Source: a candidate division FCPU426 bacterium (GTDB lineage Bacteria; Oederibacteriota; Muellerivitia; Muellerivitales; Muellerivitaceae). Taken from it: a DNA stretch of 64,000 bases. Positions 40,050 through 48,539 of this stretch are shown here, in pieces (position 1 is the stretch's first letter; each line of letters opens with the position of its first letter). The notes under the pieces are model-generated. The model had not been told where the DNA came from and ran no database searches. It saw nothing but the letters and a program-made list of their open reading frames with translations. The stretch spans positions 1 to 64,000 of the forward strand of contig CAVTWJ010000001.1 of assembly GCA_963738405.1 (NCBI GenBank), given 5' to 3'. Made by a program: the position numbers and the translations under genes.

Positions 40050-40694
40050 ATGACAAAGTCTTTGATCATCGGCTTCGTTACGATTTTTTTATTGGCGGTG
40101 TTGGTAACAATCGTCCGGGCCTCCGCGGACCCATATCCCGTGGCGCCCTCGGCCCAGGAAGTTCATCCTCTGGGGGTAGGCGGAACGGTTCCGGATGGCA
40201 CCCTTACCACTCTTGAAGGTAAGAAGGTGAGGCTTCTAAACCTCATCGCGCAAAAACCAACCGTGATTATCTTTTACCGGGGCGGCTGGTGCCCCTACTG
40301 CAACCTGCAAATGGGCCAGCTGGTAAAAATAGAACCCGAACTGGCGGGAATGGGCTACCAGGTTTTGGCCATCAGCCCGGACCAGCCCAAGAAGCTGAAA
40401 GAAAGCCTCGATAAGCACCAGATCAACTACACCCTTTTATCGGACAGTGCCCTGGAGGTCATCCGCAAATTCGGCCTGGCCTACCAGGTGAGCCCAGAAA
40501 TATACGGCAAGATGAAAGGGTTTGGGGTCGATTTGGATGGCGCCACGGGCAACCATCTGCACCAGCTTCCGGTGCCGGCCGCCTACGTGGTGGATCCAAG
40601 GGGAAGCATTCATTTTGTTTATTACAACCAGGACATCAAGGTTCGTGTGAACCCGGATGCCCTTTTAAAAGCCGCTAAGGAGGCCAAACCATGA
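40050..40694 (+). CDS. AhpC/TSA-like exported redoxin
   Basis: FYRGGWCPYCN, AISPD, LPVPAAYVVD. Confidence 0.9.
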   Translation: MTKSLIIGFVTIFLLAVLVTIVRASADPYPVAPSAQEVHPLGVGGTVPDGTLTTLEGKKVRLLNLIAQKPTVIIFYRGGWCPYCNLQMGQLVKIEPELAGMGYQVLAISPDQPKKLKESLDKHQINYTLLSDSALEVIRKFGLAYQVSPEIYGKMKGFGVDLDGATGNHLHQLPVPAAYVVDPRGSIHFVYYNQDIKVRVNPDALLKAAKEAKP

Positions 40695-41044
40695 AGGTCA
40701 TCAGCGCGAAGGTTCACGGCTTTTTAGATTATTTGGTCGTTTTGATATTTCTTGTTGCGCCCTCGGCGCTCCATTTGTCGATGGTGCCGGGCGCCATTTC
40801 CTATACCCTGGCGGGGGTTCACTTAGGGTTAACCCTGCTGACCGATTTTCCCCTGGGCGCCTTCAAGCTGGTTCCCTTGAAATGGCATGGCATGGTCGAA
40901 ATGATCGTGGGACCCGCGTTGATCGCCCTGCCATTTATCCTTGGCTTCACCTCCGAACCCGCGGCGGAATATTTTTACGTCGTGAACGGGGCCGTGATCC
41001 TAGTGGTTTGGTTTTTAACGGATTATTCCACCGCCAAAGGCTAG
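40691..41044 (+). CDS. Small four-TM membrane protein
   Basis: HGFLDY, LLTDFPLG..KLVP..WHG..E; ATGA overlap with upstream gene. Confidence 0.8.
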   Translation: MKVISAKVHGFLDYLVVLIFLVAPSALHLSMVPGAISYTLAGVHLGLTLLTDFPLGAFKLVPLKWHGMVEMIVGPALIALPFILGFTSEPAAEYFYVVNGAVILVVWFLTDYSTAKG

Positions 41045-41050
41045 TAAAAG

Positions 41051-41689
41051 CTGATAAAGCCAAACGGGTCCCTAGTCCTTTTCTTTCTCCTGGCTTTGCC
41101 CGCCTGCCGGGCTCAATCCAACTACCCGGATAAACCGGGAACTCTCTTCATCCGCCAGCAAATCTGCGACCTTAATGACTTTAAAAAGGGTTTCTTCAGC
41201 CCGAAGAACGACCTCAAGGGCCGGGGTTTCCTGTCCTATGGCTTTTACCGCGATCCCGGCGACCCCAAGACCTATATCATTACCCTCACATGCACGGATC
41301 TGAATCGGGCGGTCACCTTTATCCAAAGTTCCAACTTTTACGTGTCCTGCGTGGGGGCGGGGCTTGGCTTGCCGGTGATTTGGGCCGGGGAGGATGAGAA
41401 GGTAAGCCCCTATACGGGCATCCCCCCTAAGCCGGGCGCCATAGTCGTGGCCCGGGTGGAGGTGGGGAACCCCACTTTCTGGGAAAAGGCTTGGAAGGAT
41501 GTAGCTGGTTACAGCATGTATGAGCTTCCCGAAAGGCCCGGTGTGGTAATCCTATCCCGTAAGATGCCGGATATGGCCCAGGCCAGGGCGTTCGTAAGGG
41601 CCCAGTCCTTAAAAAGCACCATGGAGGCCGAAGGGGTTACCCGGATGGACTTCTGGGTTGGGGGTAGGCTGGAGGAAGGGGCTTTTTAG
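41051..41689 (+). CDS. Putative exported protein with two dimeric alpha-beta-barrel-like repeats; start uncertain (CTG 41051 or TTG 41096)
   Basis: Two related halves (RDPGDP..RAVTFIQS..AGL / ERPG..QARAFVRA..MEAEGV); in-frame hydrophobic leader upstream of the TTG. Confidence 0.6.
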   Translation: MIKPNGSLVLFFLLALPACRAQSNYPDKPGTLFIRQQICDLNDFKKGFFSPKNDLKGRGFLSYGFYRDPGDPKTYIITLTCTDLNRAVTFIQSSNFYVSCVGAGLGLPVIWAGEDEKVSPYTGIPPKPGAIVVARVEVGNPTFWEKAWKDVAGYSMYELPERPGVVILSRKMPDMAQARAFVRAQSLKSTMEAEGVTRMDFWVGGRLEEGAF

Positions 41690-41699
41690 ACCCGGACGT

Positions 41700-41777
41700 C
41701 AGGTTGAATTGATCGTATTACGATCAATTCAACCTGCTTGCTGCCAATTAATCGTCAGGGCCTGACGATTAATTGGC
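41700..41777. repeat. Two adjacent perfect palindromes
   Basis: CAGGTTGAATTGATCGTA-t-TACGATCAATTCAACCTG (18 bp) and GCCAATTAATCGTCAGG-g-CCTGACGATTAATTGGC (17 bp). Confidence 0.9.
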
Positions 41778-41828
41778 CGCGAGACTGTCCAACACATGGC
41801 ACCAAACCCGATCCTCAGTGCCTCAGCT

Positions 41829-41950
41829 AAATCTTCGCTTAATTAAATTAGATCCTCGCTTAATGACACAAAATCTTCGCTTAATTGGGATTAAATCTTC
41901 GCTTAATTAGGCCAATTCCTCGCTTAATTGGTCCAAATTCTCGCTTAATA
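41829..41950. repeat. Six-copy direct-repeat array with 21-22 bp period
   Basis: TCGCTTAAT at 41835, 41856, 41877, 41899, 41920, 41941. Confidence 0.9.
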
Positions 41951-42000
41951 AAGGGTTTTTTGCGTAAAATTGGGTTGTTTAAAACACTCCTTATTACGCC

Positions 42001-42090
42001 ATTGTGCCAAAGGCGGGGTCGGGTTGGCACAATACGGTCGCCGTGGCACGATCCCTTGGCACGATAGGGTGGCACAATAAGTGGCACGAT
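42001..42090. repeat. TGGCAC(A/G)AT array: five direct copies and one inverted copy
   Basis: Direct at 42025, 42044, 42057, 42070, 42082; inverted ATTGTGCCA at 42001. Confidence 0.85.
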
Positions 42091-42169
42091 TCGCTTTTCC
42101 GGTTCTTTGGCCGTAAAACCCCTTCAAGGGGGTAAAGTAACTTTCAAAAGGGTTTGAAAAGGGGAAACC

Positions 42170-42745
42170 GTGCAAAGAGGCAGGTTAGAGGCTTTCAGCG
42201 ATGGTGTCTTGGCCATCATCATTACCATTATGGTGCTGGATTTAAGGCCTCCCCATAGCGGGGAACTGACGGCCCTGCGGCCCGTTTTGCCCAACCTGAT
42301 CAGTTACGCCCTTAGCTTTACCTACGTTGGCATTTACTGGAGCAACCATCACCACATGTTTCAAGCCGTCAAAGGGGTAAACGGCAAAATCCTGTTGGCT
42401 AATTTACACCTGCTTTTTTGGCTTTCCCTTACGCCCTTTGCCACGGCTTGGCTCGCCCAGGTGGGTATCTCCACTTGGCCGGTAGCTCTCTACGGGATGG
42501 TCCTTTTTTTATCCGCCATTTCCTACACGATTCTTTTGAGAACCCTGATTGCCCATCATGGAAAGGATTCTGTTCTGGCCAAGGCTATTGGCTCGGATTT
42601 CAAAGGGAATCTTTCTATCGGGCTTTATGTTACCGGGATTCTTTTAGCTTTCGTGTTTCCCTGGGTATCTTACGGACTTTATTTCATAGTGGCCGTTATC
42701 TGGATCGTTCCCGACCAAAGGATTGAAAAACTACTTTCCAAATAG
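42170..42745 (+). CDS. TMEM175 family (DUF1211) potassium channel
   Basis: RLEAFSDGVLAIIITIMVL, YWSNHHHMF, six TMs. Confidence 0.92.
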   Translation: MQRGRLEAFSDGVLAIIITIMVLDLRPPHSGELTALRPVLPNLISYALSFTYVGIYWSNHHHMFQAVKGVNGKILLANLHLLFWLSLTPFATAWLAQVGISTWPVALYGMVLFLSAISYTILLRTLIAHHGKDSVLAKAIGSDFKGNLSIGLYVTGILLAFVFPWVSYGLYFIVAVIWIVPDQRIEKLLSK

Positions 42746-42884
42746 TTTATCCGGCGTCTTTTTGCGGGACTATCGTTGTATTGGGTTTAAGGTTTTGCCC
42801 ATGACGGGAATCCAGAATGGACAATCATTTAAAATAAGTCCAAATTACCGGTTCATATTCGAAATCCCAAAGGATTAAGAAAAT

Positions 42885-43766
42885 ATGATGAGGAGAAATA
42901 TTATTTGGTTCAAAGCGGGTCTTTTAGGGATTCTTTTATTCTCGTTCCAATCCTGCGCCCCTCACGAACCTCCCTATCGATTGTTTCCCGAAAACTTTTC
43001 TTGGGGGGAATACCAGGTAGAAAAGATGCTTCGGGACCGACCTGTTATGGCCAAGTACGTCCAAAAAGGGGACAAGGTTTGGGGTTGGACGGTCCGTCAG
43101 TTCGCGGGGGAATGGATAAAAGGGGGTATTGAATGGGATCCGACGGACCCTAAACCGCTTTGGGACGCCATGTATTATGGGGCCGATGGAATCAACAAGG
43201 CACGCGTACAAGTGACGGCATTGTCGGCCATGAGGCATTTCCATTTTGGAAAGCCCAAGGAAGGGCCCGAATTGTGGTATGACCTCGTGTTTGAACTTTG
43301 TAATGTACAGGGTTTTGAAAAAAAAAGGGAGATCAATCACCTTGCCGATACGGAAAAAATCGGGGAAGAGGAATATTGTTTCCGCGCCTATCTGGAGGAG
43401 GCGGTGGACACCAGGCAGAAAGTTCGTCATTTTTTTATGGATTTGTGGGTCCCAAATTGCAAAAGGCTCTCCCTTTATCCCTGGGACGAATTCATGAAAT
43501 ATGCCGACAACGTCGGAGTCCCCGTTTGGACCTCCCGAGAATTCATGAATAAATATTTCAGCGTCGATTATACCCATCCAGTGAAAAGAAACGGTTTCCA
43601 AGAGGACTTTTGCTACCACCACGAATTTTACAAAAAGCAGTATGAGGACCAGGTGGTTCCCCTGCTTAAAAGCAGCCTAACCCCCATTCCCACGCCCATG
43701 ACCTTGCCTGATTTGAGGAAAAAGTTGGCCGTGGAATTGCCGCCTGAGGAAAAATTACGGTCCTAA
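42885..43766 (+). CDS. Hypothetical lipoprotein
   Basis: Signal peptide ending FQSC; 293-aa ORF. Confidence 0.72.
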   Translation: MMRRNIIWFKAGLLGILLFSFQSCAPHEPPYRLFPENFSWGEYQVEKMLRDRPVMAKYVQKGDKVWGWTVRQFAGEWIKGGIEWDPTDPKPLWDAMYYGADGINKARVQVTALSAMRHFHFGKPKEGPELWYDLVFELCNVQGFEKKREINHLADTEKIGEEEYCFRAYLEEAVDTRQKVRHFFMDLWVPNCKRLSLYPWDEFMKYADNVGVPVWTSREFMNKYFSVDYTHPVKRNGFQEDFCYHHEFYKKQYEDQVVPLLKSSLTPIPTPMTLPDLRKKLAVELPPEEKLRS

Positions 43767-44015
43767 ATCCGGAGAGCCTGTCCACGAAGGGGAGGGGTTT
43801 CGAAAATTGGAACGTGGGAACTTACTGGGAATTCCCACTTGGGGATAACGGTTCTAAACTCGTCCAATGCGGGGACCCGGATTGGACAAATCGTGCCGTA
43901 CCCACCCTTTCATTATCTCTCCAATCTTCCTATTGTGATGTTTCGCTTCTCCATTGGGCGAATCCGTGGGCAATTTACCGGTTTTAAGCTTGGATGAACA
44001 AACAAAAAGGACAAT

Positions 44016-44225
44016 ATGGCCAACCAAACAAATGTTTTGAAGTCGTTCGTCTCGATAGTTGATATTCATGGGTTAAAACACAGCGTTAATCTCGCAAACG
44101 TCACCCACATTTATTTTGAGGAACGAAACTTAACGACCATTAAATTCGTGAATGAAACGGACATCAATTTTGATCTGACAAAGCATCCGTTGCTATTGAA
44201 GTTGTTCCATAAAGTGGCGCTGTAA
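44016..44225 (+). CDS. Small hypothetical protein
   Basis: AAGGA SD, 69 aa, AT-rich. Confidence 0.5.
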   Translation: MANQTNVLKSFVSIVDIHGLKHSVNLANVTHIYFEERNLTTIKFVNETDINFDLTKHPLLLKLFHKVAL

Positions 44226-44261
44226 TTAAAGCTGTCTAAACGACATCGAAATAAATAATAT

Positions 44262-44882
44262 TCAAGGGGCTCCTGCAGAAGGGAATTGGTAACGGTCAAG
44301 GGGAGAACTAGGCAACTGATAATCCTCTACCCAAGGCATGTGTAAAAAGCCCTGCCGGACGCTCAATTCTAATTTTGACCCCGGCCCCAGGGTGTAATAG
44401 AGGGCGGGGGTTACCAGCAATTCGCAGGTATCCTTATCGTTGTCCCAATTCATAAAATAAATCAAATGGGCCATGGGGCTAGGCCCTTCCTTGAAACTTC
44501 CCCCCAAGGCCGATATTTTTTTATCCGTCACCACGATCGTTTGGGCTTGGGATGGGGAAAAATCCAATAGCCCATTCACCAATTGAACGCTGAACCGGAA
44601 AAAGCAGGTCAGCAGGAACCAAAAGACCAAGAAAACCGTCCACACTATGGCCGACGGTATCTTTTCCTTAAGGGCTTCTTTTATGAGGTTCTTGAAGAGT
44701 TGGTAACAAAGACCGAGGGATAGGGCGCCGCTGATGAGATCAACCCACCAAAAATCCGTATGGCTGACAAGCCGGTAGAAAATGCCGCATAAGACGTATT
44801 CCGCAACGAGCACCGCGATGAAGAGAACGAATAGTTTGAAGTAGAGATAGGCGCGGCTGGTTTGCATAGCGGTGAAATACAC
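44262..44882 (-). CDS. Hypothetical membrane protein
   Basis: Three TMs, then LVNGLLDFS and C-terminal RQGFLHMPWV. Confidence 0.75.
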   Translation of the reverse strand: MYFTAMQTSRAYLYFKLFVLFIAVLVAEYVLCGIFYRLVSHTDFWWVDLISGALSLGLCYQLFKNLIKEALKEKIPSAIVWTVFLVFWFLLTCFFRFSVQLVNGLLDFSPSQAQTIVVTDKKISALGGSFKEGPSPMAHLIYFMNWDNDKDTCELLVTPALYYTLGPGSKLELSVRQGFLHMPWVEDYQLPSSPLDRYQFPSAGAP

Positions 44883-45042
44883 CTTTCAAAATAAGTTTAA
44901 TCGCCCGACTGATTTTCTCTAAGGCATTTCAAGCCGAATCATTGTGGGGTGGTCCGGGTCTCGATTTTTTAGATACCCGCTGGAAAACAACGCCTCTTTT
45001 AGGTCATAATCCCATTCGTCACCGCTATCCCAGGAGGAAAGT

Positions 45043-45321
45043 ATGTCCGTCAAAGTCCTTATTCCCACGCCCCTTCGCAACCTGACCCAAAACCAAGCCG
45101 AGGTATCCGCCGATGGCGCCACCATCGGGGAAATTATTGAAAGCCTTGGAAAAAACCACGACGGTTTGAAAGGCCGAATTCTGGATGAAAACGGCAAGAT
45201 CCGCCGGTTCGTGAACATCTATTTAAACGAAGAAGACATTCGTTTTCTGCAGGGCGAAGCCACGGCCGTGAAGGAAGGTGACCAAATTTCCATCGTACCC
45301 GCCATCGCCGGCGGGAAGTAA
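45043..45321 (+). CDS. MoaD/ThiS/CysO-family ubiquitin-like sulfur carrier
   Basis: VLIPTPLR, RRFVNIYLNEEDIRF, SIVPAIAGG-K; AGGAGG SD. Confidence 0.93.
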   Translation: MSVKVLIPTPLRNLTQNQAEVSADGATIGEIIESLGKNHDGLKGRILDENGKIRRFVNIYLNEEDIRFLQGEATAVKEGDQISIVPAIAGGK

Positions 45322-45330
45322 CAGCCAATA

Positions 45331-45459
45331 TTCACCACCAAGGCACCAAGTAATGCAAAACGAATTTTGGGTTAACCCTCTAAAGACCTATTTAAAGAAG
45401 TAAAGATTTTTTAAAACTAAACATTTTGCTTTTCTTGGTGACTTGGTGTCTTGGTGGTT
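45331..45459. repeat. REP/MITE-like inverted-repeat element, copy 2
   Basis: TTCACCACCAAGGCACCAAG...TTTCTTGGTGACTTGGTGTCTTGGTGGT; right arm identical to copy 1 over 28 nt. Confidence 0.82.
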
Positions 45460-45488
45460 CAATAGCTTTTGGGATTTGAGGTGTTTTT

Positions 45489-45734
45489 ATGGCTTCCATC
45501 AAACAACTTGTTGAACTGGATTATCCCAACGACCAGGTGACCCAACCGGTTTTGTCGGAAGTCATCAAAAAGTATGACATCACGGTTAATATTCGCCGGG
45601 CCTCCATCACCAAGGGCTTCGGCTATGTGCAGATGGAAATTGTCGGTGAGGAAAAAGAAGTCAAAAAAGCCCTGGCCCACCTGCAAAAGATGAACATCGA
45701 CGTCAATCCCATCACCAAAGACATCGTCGAGTAA
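45489..45734 (+). CDS. Stand-alone NIL-domain protein
   Basis: QPVLSEVIKKYDITVNIRRA...GYVQMEIVG; GAGGTG SD. Confidence 0.85.
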   Translation: MASIKQLVELDYPNDQVTQPVLSEVIKKYDITVNIRRASITKGFGYVQMEIVGEEKEVKKALAHLQKMNIDVNPITKDIVE

Positions 45735-45737
45735 CCC

Positions 45738-46439
45738 ATGCCCGAAACCTCACAAGCGAGGGCCCTTCCTGCGGAAGGGTCTCCCGAATGGTTGGATCGT
45801 TATTCCCGCCAAACCCTTTTGTCGGGGGTAGGGGTCGAGGGCCAAAAAAAATGGTCGCAATCGACGTTAAGAGTGGCTGGTGAGGGGGAAGCCCTGGAAG
45901 CCTGTTTGACGGCCCTGGCTTCTTCGGGAATAGGATATTTACAGGTCCTTACCTCGCACCCCTACGACCCTAAGCCTTTTGCTCAAGCCCACCCTCAGAC
46001 AAAGGTCGTCACGCTTTCCGATTTAAACACCCATACAGACGCTGATTTAACCCTGGTGGTAACAGGCGAGGCGGATTTCAGGCGCCGTATCAGCCGACAA
46101 CTGCGCACTCAAAATAAAACCGGCATCTTCGCTTGGCCCGCGGCGAGCGGCTTTGCCCTTTGGGTGGGGCTCCATACCCTGGGCCATTGCCCCTGCCTGG
46201 AATGTTTTGAAGTGCTAAATCCTAAAGCCTTTACCAGGGGAACCCCGGTTGTTCAAAGGCTTCTGGGCCAGGCGGCGGCATCGGAGGCTCTTCTTTACCT
46301 GATCAAAGGGGAATCCCCGCTGGCCAATAAGGTTTGGATTACTTCTTTGGATGAGGGCGTTTCCCTGCATCACGAGGTGTTTCCGTCCTATAAATGCCCC
46401 GCACAGCTTGCGGATGAGGGAGCGCCCGTAACCCCATGA
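45738..46439 (+). CDS. Degenerate ThiF/MoeB (E1-like) protein
   Basis: DRYSRQ..GVEGQKK and CPCLEC retained; GxGxxG eroded to GEGEAL, no SNLxRQ segment. Confidence 0.7.
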   Translation: MPETSQARALPAEGSPEWLDRYSRQTLLSGVGVEGQKKWSQSTLRVAGEGEALEACLTALASSGIGYLQVLTSHPYDPKPFAQAHPQTKVVTLSDLNTHTDADLTLVVTGEADFRRRISRQLRTQNKTGIFAWPAASGFALWVGLHTLGHCPCLECFEVLNPKAFTRGTPVVQRLLGQAAASEALLYLIKGESPLANKVWITSLDEGVSLHHEVFPSYKCPAQLADEGAPVTP

Positions 46440-47395
46440 TCCACAACCGCTACCCCCTTTCCTCCAACGTCATTCAACTGATTGGCAACACGCCCCTGCT
46501 TCGGTTGCGGCGCATTCCGGACAAGAACCACGCCCAGGTTCTCTGCAAGCTGGAATCTTTCAACCCCGGGGGAAGCCTGAAGGATCGCATCGCACTGGCC
46601 ATGATTGAGGACGCCGAAGCCAAGGGGAATCTGAAACCCGGCGGGACGGTGGTGGAACCCACCAGCGGCAACACAGGGATCGGCTTGGCGATGGTCTGCG
46701 CCCAGAGGGGTTACAAGTTGATACTCTGCATGCCGGAAGACATGAGCCGGGAGAGGCGGGTGGTGCTGAAGGCCTATGGGGCGGAGCTGGTTTTAACCCC
46801 GGCTTCGGGGTTCATGGCCGCCGCAGTGGAGAAAGCCAAGAAAATTTTGGCCGAACATCCCGAATACTTCATGCCGGGGCAGTTTTCCAACAGGGCCAAC
46901 CCCGAGGCCCATATCAAAACCACGGCACCTGAGATCGACCGGGATACCGCCGGGCAGTTGGACGCCTTCGTGGCGGGTATTGGCACGGGCGGCACCATTA
47001 CGGGTGTGGGTGAATATTTCAAAGGGAAGGGTTCTAAGGTTCAAATCATCGGGGTGGAGCCCGCCTCTTCGGCGGTGCTTTCCGGCGGGAAGCCGGGGAC
47101 CCACCGTATTCAAGGAATCGGGGCGGGGTTTATACCGCCCGTATTGAACCGGGCGGTGATGGATGAAGTATTAACCGTGGATGATCGAAACGCCTATCTC
47201 ATGACCAAACGCCTCGCTAGGGAAGAGGGTCTTCTCCTTGGAATTTCTTCCGGTGCCAACGTGGTAGCGGCCCTGCGGGTGGCCCAAAGGATGGGGCCGG
47301 AGGCCAGGGTGGTGACCATTTGCTGCGATATGGGGGAAAGATATTTCAGTTTGGATGAGGAATTTAAGGGCGAGACGACTTCAGACAGCATTTGA
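46436..47395 (+). CDS. cysK: Cysteine synthase A
   Basis: IGNTPL, NPGGSLKDR, EPTSGNTGIG, GIGTGGT, HRIQGIGAGF. Confidence 0.95.
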   Translation: MIHNRYPLSSNVIQLIGNTPLLRLRRIPDKNHAQVLCKLESFNPGGSLKDRIALAMIEDAEAKGNLKPGGTVVEPTSGNTGIGLAMVCAQRGYKLILCMPEDMSRERRVVLKAYGAELVLTPASGFMAAAVEKAKKILAEHPEYFMPGQFSNRANPEAHIKTTAPEIDRDTAGQLDAFVAGIGTGGTITGVGEYFKGKGSKVQIIGVEPASSAVLSGGKPGTHRIQGIGAGFIPPVLNRAVMDEVLTVDDRNAYLMTKRLAREEGLLLGISSGANVVAALRVAQRMGPEARVVTICCDMGERYFSLDEEFKGETTSDSI

Positions 47396-47399
47396 GCGG

Positions 47400-48470
47400 T
47401 TAATCTTTTCCCGCGCTGCTAAAAAGAAGTAGAAGATCTGGCACTTCGTAAGCCTGGGTCACCTGCTCGGTTCCCAACCGGCAAACCCAGGAGCCGGGTT
47501 TCAATTGACCCATGGCTTTGAGTTGGCCGAGGGTAAAGGGGCCTTCCCAAGCATCGTTTTGGAACACCATGAAGGCCGCGCCGGTATCGAAAATCTCGAA
47601 AATCGGCGAAAGCTTGAGAATGTCCAGATCCCCGCCTTCATCAGGCGCCAAGATGGATATTTCTTCCACGGGGTCATCCAAATGAGCCGCTTTTTTGGAT
47701 TCTCCGGCAGAGGTTGAGTGCGGGGTCGTTTTATCAGCCGGTTTGGCGGCGGAGGGAACTTGGCCTTTTTCCTGCCCGGAAGGCTGGGCTGTCTTTTCCT
47801 TCGCCGTCGAATCTTTAGGGGCCTCCGCCTTTTCCTGCTTTAAGGGCTCGGTAACGGCCGCCTTTTCCTTTGTGGCTGAGGGGAATATCTTTTTCTCTTC
47901 TTCTTTTAAACGGGCAATTTCTTCCTTCAACTGCTTGACCTTCATGGTATCCGGCACGGGCTTCGCCATTTCATTCTCAAATTCAATGCGTTTGACGTGC
48001 AGGGGGTAGGATTTTCGAAGGATCTTGAAGCATTTTTTTAATTCGGGATCGGCGGTGTTGGACTGCAGGGTCAAGAGATTCAAGGCGATCGAGTAGGCCA
48101 GTTCTATGTTGTCGGATTTGTGATCGGGGTTGCTGGCCACATATTGATTGAAGTGCTTAATGGCGTTGAGATAGATCTGATAGGCCTTCTTGGGGTCTTT
48201 GTCTTCCTGATAATACTTGCCCACCAGGTAATGGCATTGCAGGTCGAAGTTGTTCACGTGGTCGAGAGTTTCAAAGAGCCGCAAGGCCTCGGCCATGTGA
48301 TCTTCGTTGATATCTTGGTTCGTAAAACGGTTTAACAGACAGAATTTGATGAATTGGGTTCTGAGGCCGTGATCCCGCGGATTTTCAGCCTGGGCTTTTT
48401 TGAACTTTTTGTATTCGCTCGTATAGGTATCGGTTTTTCCGAAGATGGAAGAAAAGGGATTAAGACCCAT
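47400..48470 (-). CDS. TPR-like helical protein with low-complexity linker and C-terminal GYF_2 (DUF4339)-like domain
   Basis: CHYLVGKYY..AYQIYLNAI; EGPFTLGQLKAMGQLKPGSWVCRLG. Confidence 0.72.
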   Translation of the reverse strand: MGLNPFSSIFGKTDTYTSEYKKFKKAQAENPRDHGLRTQFIKFCLLNRFTNQDINEDHMAEALRLFETLDHVNNFDLQCHYLVGKYYQEDKDPKKAYQIYLNAIKHFNQYVASNPDHKSDNIELAYSIALNLLTLQSNTADPELKKCFKILRKSYPLHVKRIEFENEMAKPVPDTMKVKQLKEEIARLKEEEKKIFPSATKEKAAVTEPLKQEKAEAPKDSTAKEKTAQPSGQEKGQVPSAAKPADKTTPHSTSAGESKKAAHLDDPVEEISILAPDEGGDLDILKLSPIFEIFDTGAAFMVFQNDAWEGPFTLGQLKAMGQLKPGSWVCRLGTEQVTQAYEVPDLLLLFSSAGKD

Positions 48471-48539
48471 AGGCTCCTGCTTTTATATGAATAGAGGACG
48501 TGAAAATGAGAAGACTCCTAAAATGACAAGGGCTTGTGG

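Noticed and set aside
41829..41950. CRISPR array
   Set aside because: Conserved core is only about 9-14 bp with a 21-22 bp period, far below repeat-plus-spacer size; no cas genes in the window
42025..42096. Sigma54 promoters in the TGGCAC array
   Set aside because: No copy has GC at the required GG-N10-GC spacing
41881..42175. Short ORFs across the repeat cluster
   Set aside because: By-products of the repeats; no convincing SD, and the periodicity is broken by the 22-bp step
32612..45042. Prophage, ICE or integron
   Set aside because: No integrase, transposase, phage or conjugation genes, and no att repeats or convincing attC sites seen
45738..46439. ThiF-like gene as a pseudogene
   Set aside because: Uninterrupted ORF translationally coupled to cysK; treated as a degenerate but maintained protein
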